The notes beneath the pieces were generated by a model. The model ran no database searches. It saw only the letters and a list, made by a program, of their open reading frames with translations, and was not told the DNA's origin. Made by a program: the position numbers and the translations under genes. Of a stretch of 64,000 nucleotides of DNA, positions 1 to 9,388 are shown one piece after another. This stretch comes from an uncultured Gammaproteobacteria bacterium (GTDB lineage Bacteria; Patescibacteriota; Microgenomatia; Levybacterales; UBA12049). The stretch lies in NCBI GenBank assembly GCA_964503265.1, contig CAZCYO010000005.1:39151-103150 (forward strand). The letters run 5' to 3'. Position 1 is the stretch's first letter; every line of letters begins with the position of its first letter.

Positions 1-1757
1 TTATGACTCGCGTTATATGTCATATACAGATAATTTGTCTGTGCGGGAAACTCACCAGCCAACGTGTCGATTTGCATAATTCCCGGATATATTCCGAATT
101 TTCCCCGAAGCGTGCGTATTTCAAGCCCAGTTCTCCCTATTAATTTTCCGATTCGCTTGTCTGAGAAACCAAGTTGTTTGAGACGAAGAAGTTGCCCCTC
201 CTGCCAAAAACTGTCATCCTGAACTTGTTTCAGGATCTTTTTATTTTTCTTTTGAGATGCTGAACTAAATTCAGCATGACTATTTTTTAGTTTTTCTTCT
301 TCCTTCACAATATTCTCCACTCGATACAAAAACCATGGATCAATCCCTGTGAGCTTGTGGAGTTCTGCCACGTTCATCCCCTTTTGAAATGCTTTCGCTA
401 TGGCAAACATCCGCTGTGGAGTGGGATGAGTAAGCAGATCTTTAAGATCTCGCCCCTGTAGCTTTCCCCTCGTGAATAATTCATCTGAAACAGCCCCTTC
501 AAAGTCTAAGTCAAGCATACGAATCGCTTTCTGATATGCCTCTTCAAATGTTCTCCCAATTCCCATCACTTCTCCAACCGACTTCATGCTGCTTCCAATC
601 GTGTCCACAGCATTTTTAAATTTGTCCATATCCCACCGTGGAATCTTCACCGTGACGTAATCAAGTGCGGGTTCGAAACAAAATTGTGTTTTCTTCGTTA
701 CTTTATTCGTTAACTCAGTTAAATTCTTACCCAGTGCGAGTTTCGCAGCCACGTAGGCAAGCGGATAGCCCGTGGCTTTACTCGCCAAGGCTGATGAACG
801 TGAAAGCCGAGCGTTTACCTCAATGACGTAGTAATCCAAAGGAGCTTTCCCCTCGCCCTTTGGGAGAGGGTCGGGGTGAGGGTTGAGTGCATACTGAATA
901 TTACATTCCCCGATAATACCGAGACTTCGAACTACTTTTAACGTAATTGAGCGTAACTCGTGGTATTCAAAATTTGTGAGGGTTTGACTTGGAGCAATGA
1001 CGATCGACTCTCCTGTATGAATTCCCAGCGGATCCATATTTTCCATATTACAGACAGTAATACAGTTATCGTCCGCGTCACGCACAACTTCATACTCAAT
1101 TTCTTTATAGTGATGAAGATATTTCTCAACTAACACCTGTGTGACGAAAGAAAATGCATGTGTGATAAGTTCGTGTAATTCTTTTGCATTTCGCGCAACT
1201 CCCGATCCTTGGCCACCAAGTGCAAATCCGGCTCGAACCATCACAGGAAATCCAATTTCCTGTGCAATCTGTTCTGCTTGCCTGACTGTTTTAGCAGCTT
1301 TACTCGGAGGTGTAGACACATCAAGCTTTCGTAAATGATGAGCAAATGAACGGCGGTCTTCAGTGAGTAGTACAGCTGACATAGGAGTACCCAGTATCGT
1401 GACGTTATGTTTTTCTAATATTTTTTTCTTATAGAGTTCAATACCACAATTTAAGGCTGTTTGGCCTCCAAAGGAGAGAGCGATGGCATCTGGTTTTTCC
1501 TTTTCAATCACTCGCTCGACAAAATACGGAGTCACTGGCAAGAAATACACACGATCTGCCATCTGCTTTGAGGTTTGGATCGTTGCGATATTCGGATTGA
1601 TTAGAACCGTTTCTGTGCCTTCTTCTTTAAACGCCTTAATTGCCTGAGATCCTGAATAGTCAAACTCTCCAGCCTCCCCGATTTTGAGAGCACCACTTCC
1701 GAGTATTAGTATCTTTCTATATTCTTGTTTACTGCTCTGTTTTTGTTGCTCTTTCAT
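1..1757 (-). CDS. carB: carbamoyl-phosphate synthase large subunit (N-terminal ~585 aa; the gene continues beyond the window start)
   Basis: My own translation of the minus strand from the ATG at 1757-1755 gives [42 protein letters not shown]..., with the ATP-grasp and CPSase L-chain motifs ([23 protein letters not shown]). It is absent from the ORF track because there is no in-window stop codon. Confidence 0.9.
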   Translation of the reverse strand, partial: [585 protein letters not shown]

Positions 1758-1769
1758 ATGAATCAAGAA

Positions 1770-2159
1770 TTATGAATCATGAATTAAGGTTTTTGATTTT
1801 TTAATTAACCCATTGAGTAACTTGTTTACGACAATAGTCTTTTCAGCACTTTCATTAAATGCTTGCTTTGCAATATAGCCAAGGTCTCTAGCGATAAGAA
1901 GTTGGTTTTGTACTTCTGTTATGGAACCGAGTGACATCGCGTAAAATTGTGCTTTCTCTTTATAGGAATTTCTACTAAATCCTTCTGCAATGTTGGAAGT
2001 CACCGATACTATTGCACGTCTGATTTGATTAGTCAGCCCAAACATCTCTTCTTTAGGGAAATCCTGAGTTAGTTTATAAACTAACAACACTAATTCATGT
2101 GCTTCTCTCCATGCGTTTAGATCAGTAAAGGATTTTATTTTTCGTGATTCTTGATTCAT
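1770..2159 (-). CDS. four-helix-bundle protein (TIGR02436 / '23S rRNA intervening-sequence protein' family)
   Basis: 129 aa with the characteristic TNQIRRAxVSVxSNIAEGxSR...KEKAQFYAMSLGSITEVQNQLLIARDLGYI signature. Its ATG overlaps the carA TGA (ATGA). Confidence 0.8.
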   Translation of the reverse strand: MNQESRKIKSFTDLNAWREAHELVLLVYKLTQDFPKEEMFGLTNQIRRAIVSVTSNIAEGFSRNSYKEKAQFYAMSLGSITEVQNQLLIARDLGYIAKQAFNESAEKTIVVNKLLNGLIKKSKTLIHDS

Positions 2160-3217
2160 GATTCTTGATTCATCCTCTCTAAGAAATAATCAAATATCCA
2201 CTCTGCATCTGTCGGTCCTGGTGTTGCCTCTGGATGGAACTGAACAGACATAATTGGTTTCGTCTTATGGATAATCCCTTCATTTGTACCATCATTTGCA
2301 TTCGTAAACCAGGGATTAAACCCATCTGGGATACGATTAACAGCAAACCCGTGGTTTTGCGTCGTGATATAACACCGCTTCGTTCCTTCCATAGTACACG
2401 GCTGATTCTGGCTTCGGTGACCATAAGGGAGTTTTTTCGTATCTCCTCCTGCTGCAAGTGAGAGAATTTGATGCCCTAAACAAATGCCCAGAATTGGAAT
2501 ATTTTTTGTAAGGAGTTTTTTTACGTGTAGTATCGTTTCTTTTACTAATTTAGGATCTCCAGGTCCATTTGAAATAAGCACGCCATCAAATTTCTCTTTA
2601 AGAGAAAGTGGATCCATATCCCAAGGAATCGTAATTACTCGGTACCCACGTTCAAGAAGTGCCCGCTCAATATTTCTCTTCGCACCACAATCGACAAGCA
2701 CAATTGTCTTTTTTTTCTTTTTTTTAGTCGGTTCTTGTATTATCACTTTTTTCGTAGAGACTTGAGCGACAAGATTATCAGTATTGGGATCATACCAGGG
2801 TATATCATTTCCACATATAATTTTGCCAAGGAGCGCTCCTTGTTCTCTAATTCGTTGGGTGAGTGCACGAGTGTCTTTAATCTGAAGCAAAGGAACACCT
2901 TCGTCTTTAAACCACTGTGCGAGGGTTTGTTTACTTTGAAAGTGAGATGGCGTATCGATGTACTCACTGACAATCAGCCCTGATACCATGAGATGATCTG
3001 CTTCCCATAACGTTTTATCTGGCACGCCATAATTTCCAATCAGTGGATAGGTAAGGACTAACATTTGCCCTTTATAGGATGGGTCAGTTAAACTTTCTGG
3101 ATATCCCATCATGCCTGTTGAGAACACTACTTCCCCAGCTACTGATGTGTCAGCTCCAAAACTAGTTCCTTCTATTGTTGTTTTATCGTTAAGTACTAGT
3201 GTGGCAGTTTTTTGCAT
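2156..3217 (-). CDS. carA: carbamoyl-phosphate synthase small subunit (glutamine amidotransferase)
   Basis: 353 aa with a CPSase small-chain N-domain and a class-I GATase domain (GICLGHQILSLAAGG catalytic Cys motif; FHPEATPGP). Confidence 0.9.
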   Translation of the reverse strand: MQKTATLVLNDKTTIEGTSFGADTSVAGEVVFSTGMMGYPESLTDPSYKGQMLVLTYPLIGNYGVPDKTLWEADHLMVSGLIVSEYIDTPSHFQSKQTLAQWFKDEGVPLLQIKDTRALTQRIREQGALLGKIICGNDIPWYDPNTDNLVAQVSTKKVIIQEPTKKKKKKTIVLVDCGAKRNIERALLERGYRVITIPWDMDPLSLKEKFDGVLISNGPGDPKLVKETILHVKKLLTKNIPILGICLGHQILSLAAGGDTKKLPYGHRSQNQPCTMEGTKRCYITTQNHGFAVNRIPDGFNPWFTNANDGTNEGIIHKTKPIMSVQFHPEATPGPTDAEWIFDYFLERMNQES

Positions 3218-3223
3218 AAAAAA

Positions 3224-3242
3224 AGAGCGCTTAACGCGCTCT
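3224..3242 (-). terminator. intrinsic-terminator-like hairpin (AGAGCGC-ttaac-GCGCTCT) followed on the minus strand by a 7-T run that directly abuts the carA ATG
   Basis: Perfect 7-bp GC-rich stem with a 5-nt loop. The A-run 3218-3224 on the plus strand is a T-run on the minus strand. It lies 3 nt upstream of the carA start codon (3217). Confidence 0.45.
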
Positions 3243-3612
3243 ACACATGAGTGAACAAATGAAATCTTGGTAAATCTTTCCAGTCATCTTCTGGGATTAA
3301 ACTCTATCAGAAAGAAAAAAACTGGTCAAGAGTGAGAATTTATAATTTCTAATGTAAAATTTGAAATCAAATCTAAATGCTTCAATCATTTAATTTTTAA
3401 AAATTGATTTTAAATTACATATATCTTCTTGCATTGTCTCCCCTCTTTTACCCGTTTCTTACCTCTTTTTCTTTTTATTCTCACAAAAAATCACTAGCAT
3501 ATGAGTATGCTAACAAGCTAAGACAAGCCTACTCGAGTACCATTCTTCACTATACAAAGCGAAAGCTACTAAAAGAAAACGAAGGGTACTAAACGATAGG
3601 CTTTTGTCGTAT

Positions 3613-4653
3613 TTATATCAATTTTTGCTGTTCTTTGTTTTTTAATGGATAATGTAACCCGAGATGGAGATAGGCCGTTTCTGTCGCGACTCTTCCCCGC
3701 GGGCTTCGCTGGAGAAATCCAATCTGCATCAAATACGGTTCAATTACATCTTCAAGCGTGCCGATATCTTCTGAAATCGTAGATGCAATCGTCTCAATCC
3801 CCACAGGCCCACCTCGATGTTTATCAATAATTGCTAGCAAAAATCGCTTATCAAGCGTGTCAAGCCCCATACTATCTACCTCTAGGAGTGCAAGTGCTTC
3901 ATGCGTGATGAGTGGTGTAATATGCCCTTCCCCTTTTACCTGAGCATAATCTCGTACTCTTTTAAGAAGCTTTAGTGCAATTCGAGGAGTTCCCCGACCA
4001 CGAGCTGCAATTTCTTCGACACTTGCATGATCGATAAGAACTGCTAATTTTTCAGCTGCACTATGAATAATGGTCCCCAACTCTTCTGGGCCATAAAAAT
4101 TTAGCCTATGTACGACCCCAAAACGGTCTCTAAGCGGTCCTGATAGCATTCCGGCACGTGTGGTAGCTCCTATAATAGTAAAAGGCGGCAAATCAAGTCG
4201 TAGCGTCCTAGCCGAAGGTCCTTTGCCAATCACGATATCCAGCGCATAATCCTCCATCGCAGGATACAGTGTTTCTTCAACGACTTTATTAAGGCGGTGA
4301 ATCTCGTCGATAAATAATATGTCCCCTTTTTCAAGGTTCGTTAGAATTGATGCCAAATCTCCAGCACGTTCAATAGCTGGACCTGAGGTGACTTTAATAT
4401 TTGCATCCATCTCACGCGCGATAATATGAGAAAGTGTGGTTTTTCCAAGCCCAGGAGGGCCGTAAAGGAGCACGTGCTCAATTGCTTCATTTCGCTTACG
4501 TGCAGCTTCAATGGAAATTTGAAGAGACGCTTTAACATTCTCCTGCCCTTTGAATTCATCCCACGAACGTGCACGAACAGATGTAAGTAATACTTCTTCT
4601 TCAGGCGTACTTTCTTCTTCTTTTTCTACTGTTTTGATGTGTTTATCACTCAT
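3613..4653 (-). CDS. ruvB: Holliday junction branch-migration helicase RuvB
   Basis: 346 aa; AAA+ Walker [14 protein letters not shown] and RuvB N/C domains. Confidence 0.95.
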   Translation of the reverse strand: MSDKHIKTVEKEEESTPEEEVLLTSVRARSWDEFKGQENVKASLQISIEAARKRNEAIEHVLLYGPPGLGKTTLSHIIAREMDANIKVTSGPAIERAGDLASILTNLEKGDILFIDEIHRLNKVVEETLYPAMEDYALDIVIGKGPSARTLRLDLPPFTIIGATTRAGMLSGPLRDRFGVVHRLNFYGPEELGTIIHSAAEKLAVLIDHASVEEIAARGRGTPRIALKLLKRVRDYAQVKGEGHITPLITHEALALLEVDSMGLDTLDKRFLLAIIDKHRGGPVGIETIASTISEDIGTLEDVIEPYLMQIGFLQRSPRGRVATETAYLHLGLHYPLKNKEQQKLI

Positions 4654-4715
4654 AAGAAATTAAAAACGAAAAAGTTAAAAGGCAAAAGCACAATTCAAAA
4701 GTAAAAAAGTTTGTC

Positions 4716-4736
4716 ATCCCAGACCTGATCTGGGAT
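4716..4736. repeat. palindromic hairpin ATCCCAGA-cctga-TCTGGGAT preceded by TTGTCATCCCAGAC; same motif family as the MITE-like element at 58205-58424
   Basis: 8-bp perfect stem between ruvA and ruvB. It shares the 14-mer TTGTCATCCCAGAC with 58210-58223 and the hairpin with 58397-58417. Confidence 0.6.
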
Positions 4737-4761
4737 CCAGTGTTTAATTCTTACTTTTACC

Positions 4762-5343
4762 TTATTTTCCTAACTGTTTCAGCGCCAATCGTATTTTTTC
4801 AGCCGTAGATAATCCATCTTCTTTCACATCCCGAAGTGCTGCATGTGCTTCAGCTCTACTAAACCCAAATGTTTGCAGTGCTGCGATCACCTCATCACTA
4901 TCTGATTCTCCATCTCCAGACAAATCCAGATCTGCACCCACAGCTCCACCGATCTTACTTTTCAGATCAATAATAATTTTCTGAGCATTTTTTTTACCAA
5001 GACGCGGAACTCCGGTAAAAAAAGAGACATCTCCCGTGCTGATAGCCTGCATAATCTCGCTTCGCGAACCAATTGAGAAGACCCCAACAGCAGATTTAGG
5101 CCCCACCCCTGAAACACCAATCAAAAGCTCAAAAAGTTTTAAGTCTTGTGGCTCTGAAAAACCATAGAGTTCAAGAAGATCCTCTCTGACATGTGTGTAG
5201 GTATAAACAGTTAACTCAGATCCAACACTTGCTTTGGATAAAAGAGTGTTATTCACTAAGACTTTATAGCCAACACCGTGAACATTTAAAATGATATGTG
5301 GATCTGAACGATAGGCCACAAGCCCTGTTAACATAGCTATCAT
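4762..5343 (-). CDS. ruvA: Holliday junction DNA helicase RuvA
   Basis: 193 aa; N-terminal OB fold (MIAMLTGLVAYRSDPHIILNVHGVGYKV), tandem HhH motifs and a C-terminal RuvB-interaction domain. Confidence 0.9.
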   Translation of the reverse strand: MIAMLTGLVAYRSDPHIILNVHGVGYKVLVNNTLLSKASVGSELTVYTYTHVREDLLELYGFSEPQDLKLFELLIGVSGVGPKSAVGVFSIGSRSEIMQAISTGDVSFFTGVPRLGKKNAQKIIIDLKSKIGGAVGADLDLSGDGESDSDEVIAALQTFGFSRAEAHAALRDVKEDGLSTAEKIRLALKQLGK

Positions 5344-5429
5344 AGGAAGAATTCAGGATCAGTATAGCATAGGTGGGAGGGCGAAGATAAATGATAGAAA
5401 TATTTTATTTATTCTTTAACTAATAACCG

Positions 5430-5918
5430 TTATCTTCTAGATTCATTACTTTTTCTCGAGAACGCATGTGTAATCGCGATTGCTAATGCATCGGCTGTAT
5501 CATCAGGTTTTGGGATGGTTTTGAGCTTTAATAATAATTTAACCATCTCACCTACTTGTTTCTTCTCAGCACGACCATAGCCAGTTACTGCCATTTTGAC
5601 CTGTAACGGAGTGTAGATACCAATTGGTATGTGTGCCTGTTCTGCAGCAAGTAACATAACGCCTCGTGCCTGCCCGACGGTAAAGGCTGTCGTCACATTT
5701 GTATTAAAAAATAATTCTTCTATTCCAAGTGCTTCTGGATGGTATTCTTCAATAAGTGTGGATAGTTGGTCATAGATTTTAACGAGTCGCTCAGGAGTCG
5801 GACTATTTGGAGTCGTTTCAAAGCAATCATATGCAATAACTGTTAGTTTACCCGCGGTATCATCAATAACTCCCCACCCAGTTCTTCCGATTCCGGGATC
5901 AATTCCAAGTATTCTCAT
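5430..5918 (-). CDS. ruvC: crossover junction endodeoxyribonuclease RuvC
   Basis: 162 aa; MRILGIDPGIGRTGWGVID RNase-H-fold N-terminus typical of RuvC. Confidence 0.9.
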   Translation of the reverse strand: MRILGIDPGIGRTGWGVIDDTAGKLTVIAYDCFETTPNSPTPERLVKIYDQLSTLIEEYHPEALGIEELFFNTNVTTAFTVGQARGVMLLAAEQAHIPIGIYTPLQVKMAVTGYGRAEKKQVGEMVKLLLKLKTIPKPDDTADALAIAITHAFSRKSNESRR

Positions 5919-6028
5919 GGGACAAGCCTACACTTTTTCACACTGTAAGAAAAGCCTTATAGTCATACCCTCTTGCAACGATATGCTATACTTATTGTCA
6001 AGACAGTCTAAGTACTGTACAATACTTT

Positions 6029-6721
6029 TTGATGAAGCATCCAAAACTAGCAACAGAAGTCCGAACAGTGTTCGGAAAGCAAGTAAAAAAACTCCGCCGC
6101 GACGGTATAATGCCTGCAAGTATTTATGGTAAAGGTATCCCTTCCGTCTCTTTTCAAGTAAAAACTGCTGATTTTCAAGCTCTTTATAAAGAAGTTGGAG
6201 AAACAGGACTCGTCGATGTGGAGATTGAAGGAAAAGCTCGCCCAGCCCTCGTTAAAAATATTCACTGGGATTATCGCACACGCACCCCAATGCATGCAGA
6301 TTTTTATCAAGTTAACTTAAAAGAAAAAGTTAAAACCATGGTTCCAGTTACTATTATCGATGAAGCGCAAGCTGTCACAGAAGAACTTGGCATGATGATG
6401 AATCAGGTATCTGAAGTTGAGGTTGAAGCACTTCCTGAAAATCTCCCAGACCAGCTTGAAGTGTCCGTAATTCACCTAGGGGCAGTTGATGATCAAATTA
6501 CTGTCGCTGATCTTAAAGCACCTGAAGGTGTTACTATTTTAACTGAACCGACACAAATTATCGTTAAGATTGCTGAATTAGTTGCTCCAGAGCCTGAACC
6601 AGAAGCTGAAGAAGCAACTGAAGGTGAAACACCTACTGAGGGTGAACCAACAGAAGGCACTAATGAGGACGGGACAACTGAAGAATCTGATAAACCGGCT
6701 GAAGAAGAATCAAAGGAATAA
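6029..6721 (+). CDS. rplY: 50S ribosomal protein L25 / general stress protein Ctc, with an acidic C-terminal tail
   Basis: 230 aa; the N-terminus (VRTVFGKQVKKLRRDGIMPASIYGKG) matches the L25/Ctc family. The C-terminal ~40 aa are E/P/T-rich. Confidence 0.7.
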   Translation: MMKHPKLATEVRTVFGKQVKKLRRDGIMPASIYGKGIPSVSFQVKTADFQALYKEVGETGLVDVEIEGKARPALVKNIHWDYRTRTPMHADFYQVNLKEKVKTMVPVTIIDEAQAVTEELGMMMNQVSEVEVEALPENLPDQLEVSVIHLGAVDDQITVADLKAPEGVTILTEPTQIIVKIAELVAPEPEPEAEEATEGETPTEGEPTEGTNEDGTTEESDKPAEEESKE

Positions 6722-6724
6722 TTA

Positions 6725-7189
6725 TTATTTAATTATTTTTGCAAACGCTATCCCCTGTTCAAATCTCGGATCAATACTTAACACTTTATCTAAATTCTCT
6801 TTTGCTTTCACATCATTTCCCAACCGATAATACAACACTGCTAGACTGAAGTAACCATCTCTATAGTTTGAGAACTTTCTCGTAATATCCTGCCAATACG
6901 TCACTTCCTGATAAATTTGAGCTTCTTCTTTTTGGATTAATGAAAATGTTTGCCACGTAGTAAACAGCGTATTCCCCTGATAGAGGATTGCCACAAAGAT
7001 ACCAACAGAGAGGATATGGAAAAAGAATGCTGGAGTACCTATGGTCTTACGAAATGAAATGTGAGAAAAGCGTTCGGTAATAGATCGTGGAATGTTCGGG
7101 AATTTTAGCTTCTCCGTCTTTGGTTTCGTAGAGAAGACAGTTACTGATGGATATGGCGATTTTTTAACTGGTACTTTTTTCTTAATCAT
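6725..7189 (-). CDS. membrane-anchored hypothetical protein with a C-terminal TPR-like repeat
   Basis: 154 aa; one TM segment (FFFHILSVGIFVAILY); the C-terminus YYRLGNDVKAKENLDKVLSIDP is TPR-like. Confidence 0.4.
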   Translation of the reverse strand: MIKKKVPVKKSPYPSVTVFSTKPKTEKLKFPNIPRSITERFSHISFRKTIGTPAFFFHILSVGIFVAILYQGNTLFTTWQTFSLIQKEEAQIYQEVTYWQDITRKFSNYRDGYFSLAVLYYRLGNDVKAKENLDKVLSIDPRFEQGIAFAKIIK

Positions 7190-7207
7190 GTGACTGGGGC
7201 ATTTATC

Positions 7208-9286
7208 TTAACTAACCTCAGGCCATTTTGCAATCATGAGAGACTCTGTATGTTCAGGCAGCTTCTGATAAATTTCCTCTGTAATAAACGGCATAAACGG
7301 ATGAAGTAACTTCAAGATAGTTACATAAATCGTGACCAACACAGTATAAGAATCATTTGTAATTCTATTTTTTACATCTTCGATATAGTTATCCGCAAAT
7401 TCGTGCCATGCAAATTCATACAATCGTTCAGCCGCTAAGTTAAATTGATAACTATCAAGATATCGAGTTATTTCAGCTGATAGCTGGTTCGTTTTCTCAA
7501 GCCATTGTATATCTATTTCTGTTCTCTCCTCATCAGCTGTCGCTATTTCTTGCACCTTTTCTCTATTCATCTCAATAAACCTCGCCATATTCCAGAGTTT
7601 GTTCGCAAATTTCCGTGCAGAATCAAGTTTTGTATAGGAAAGGGCCTGATCATTTCCCGTCGCGTTGCCATAGATAAGAGCAAAGCGTACAGCATCAGCA
7701 CCGTACTGATCTGCTAACTCCAAAGGATTGACCACATTCCCTTTTGATTTACTCATCTTTTTCCCATATGGGTCATTAACAATTCCATGAAAAATAACGT
7801 CTCGGAAAGGGACTTCTCCAGTGAGATAAATGCCAAGCATCGCCATACGCACAACCCACGCTTTCAAAATATCATATGCAGTTTCCATTACGCTCGTTGG
7901 ATAGAACTTTTCAAAATCTCCAGGAGTTGTTTTAAGTGTTACGATTGGCCATTGACCGCTCGAAAACCAGGTATCAAATGTGTCGGTATCCTGTTCCCAC
8001 TCTTCGTCTTTTGGCGTCTCTCCTGCAGTTACAATCCATTCCCCTGTTTTCTTATTCTTCCAGGCGGGGATTCGAATACCCCAAACGATTTGTCGTGAGA
8101 TATTCCAATCTCGTAAATTCTCAAGCCACTGAAAATAGGTTGTTTCAAAGTTCTTTGGATAGATCGTGATATCACCATTCTTTACAGCAGAAATTGCCTT
8201 TTCAGCCAATGGCTTCACTTTCATAAACCATTGTTCTTTAGGAAGCGGCTCTAAAACACCTTTGCATTTATAGCAAAGATTTAAGCGTGTAACATATGTT
8301 TCATCAACTTTTTCGATTAACCCTTTTTGCTGCATTTCCTCAACAATTGCTTTACGCGCATCTTTAACATACATTCCAGCAAATTTTCCAGCATACTCAT
8401 TCAGTTTCCCATCAAATCCTATGACCTGCTTCATCGGCAGATTATGCCGTTTTCCTGTTTCAAAATCAGCAAAATCATGCGCAGGAGTAATTTTAACCAC
8501 ACCAGTTCCAAAGGAAGCATCGACACTCTCATCAGCGATGACTTTTATTTTCGCAGGTCCAAGGACTGTCTCAATCTCAAGCTCTGTCCCAATATACTCT
8601 TGATATCGTTTGTCATCCGGATGAACCGCAACCGCTGTATCTCCAAACTTTGTTTCAGGACGAGTTGTAGCAAGAACTAGCGGTCCATATTTTATATAAT
8701 AGAGAGGTCTTTCTCTTTCTTCATGGACAACTTCTAAATCTGAAAATGATGTTCCATCGAATGTACAGTAGTTGACAAGGCGGTAATCTCGATAAATAAG
8801 TCCTTCATCAAACATTTTCTTAAATGTCTGGTGAACAAGTGAAATAACATCTGGATCAAGGGTGTATTTCGAGCGACTCCAATCTAGAGAAAAGCCAAGA
8901 CGTCGAAGTTGTTTTTCTATTCCTCCACGATGTTCCTGTACATTCTCGTGAATCATTTTATAAAGAGTTTCTTGATCGTAATCGAGACGTGACTTGCCTT
9001 CTGCTTTCAATTTTTTTTCAAACACAAATTGCGTTTCAATACCTGCATGATCTGTTCCAGGAAGCCACAGCGCTTGATCTCCTTTCATTCGGTGATATCT
9101 GATAAGAATGTCTTCAATCGTAAACATTGCATGCCCAAAGTGCAGCGCTCCATTAGCATTTGGTGGTGGAAGAATGATGGAATATGGCTTCCCGTCCGGA
9201 TTTACCTCGGGCTTAAAATATCCTTGTTTTTCCCACCATTCATAGAGTTTTTCTTCTACGTTTTTGTGGTCATATACTTTGTCCAT
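7208..9286 (-). CDS. valS: class I aminoacyl-tRNA synthetase, most likely valine--tRNA ligase (short form, 692 aa)
   Basis: HIGH motif (PPPNANGALHFGHA) and KMSKS motif (KKMSKSKGNVVNP). The architecture resembles ValRS but it is shorter than the canonical ~880 aa and lacks the C-terminal coiled coil. Confidence 0.65.
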   Translation of the reverse strand: MDKVYDHKNVEEKLYEWWEKQGYFKPEVNPDGKPYSIILPPPNANGALHFGHAMFTIEDILIRYHRMKGDQALWLPGTDHAGIETQFVFEKKLKAEGKSRLDYDQETLYKMIHENVQEHRGGIEKQLRRLGFSLDWSRSKYTLDPDVISLVHQTFKKMFDEGLIYRDYRLVNYCTFDGTSFSDLEVVHEERERPLYYIKYGPLVLATTRPETKFGDTAVAVHPDDKRYQEYIGTELEIETVLGPAKIKVIADESVDASFGTGVVKITPAHDFADFETGKRHNLPMKQVIGFDGKLNEYAGKFAGMYVKDARKAIVEEMQQKGLIEKVDETYVTRLNLCYKCKGVLEPLPKEQWFMKVKPLAEKAISAVKNGDITIYPKNFETTYFQWLENLRDWNISRQIVWGIRIPAWKNKKTGEWIVTAGETPKDEEWEQDTDTFDTWFSSGQWPIVTLKTTPGDFEKFYPTSVMETAYDILKAWVVRMAMLGIYLTGEVPFRDVIFHGIVNDPYGKKMSKSKGNVVNPLELADQYGADAVRFALIYGNATGNDQALSYTKLDSARKFANKLWNMARFIEMNREKVQEIATADEERTEIDIQWLEKTNQLSAEITRYLDSYQFNLAAERLYEFAWHEFADNYIEDVKNRITNDSYTVLVTIYVTILKLLHPFMPFITEEIYQKLPEHTESLMIAKWPEVS

Positions 9287-9388
9287 ATGTGCCTGATTGT
9301 AGCATAGAAGCTAGAGACTGAACAGACATGACTCCCTTAGAATTCTACTTGCGTATCGTTTCTGAACGTTGTTATACTGGTTTTAGCC

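Noticed and set aside
650-680. tRNA-like GGTTCGAA motif (…gcgggttcgaaacaaaa…)
   Set aside because: It lies inside the carB coding sequence with no acceptor-stem or anticodon-arm complementarity around it. No tRNA gene was recognised anywhere in the window.
2179-2983. Several 75-93-aa ORFs (2179-2457 -, 2234-2461 +, 2484-2765 +, 2735-2983 +, 2743-2973 -) inside or antisense to carA
   Set aside because: They overlap a well-supported conserved gene in other frames, have low-complexity composition and no recognisable motifs, so they are spurious.
3404-3592. 62-aa ORF in the carA-ruvB intergenic spacer
   Set aside because: It lies in an AT-rich low-complexity region with no conserved motif and no plausible start context. 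It is more likely non-coding leader or spacer.
6582-6830. 82-aa plus-strand ORF overlapping the 3' end of rplY and the convergent TPR gene
   Set aside because: It is the out-of-frame reading of rplY's acidic tail, with basic low-complexity composition, and is spurious.
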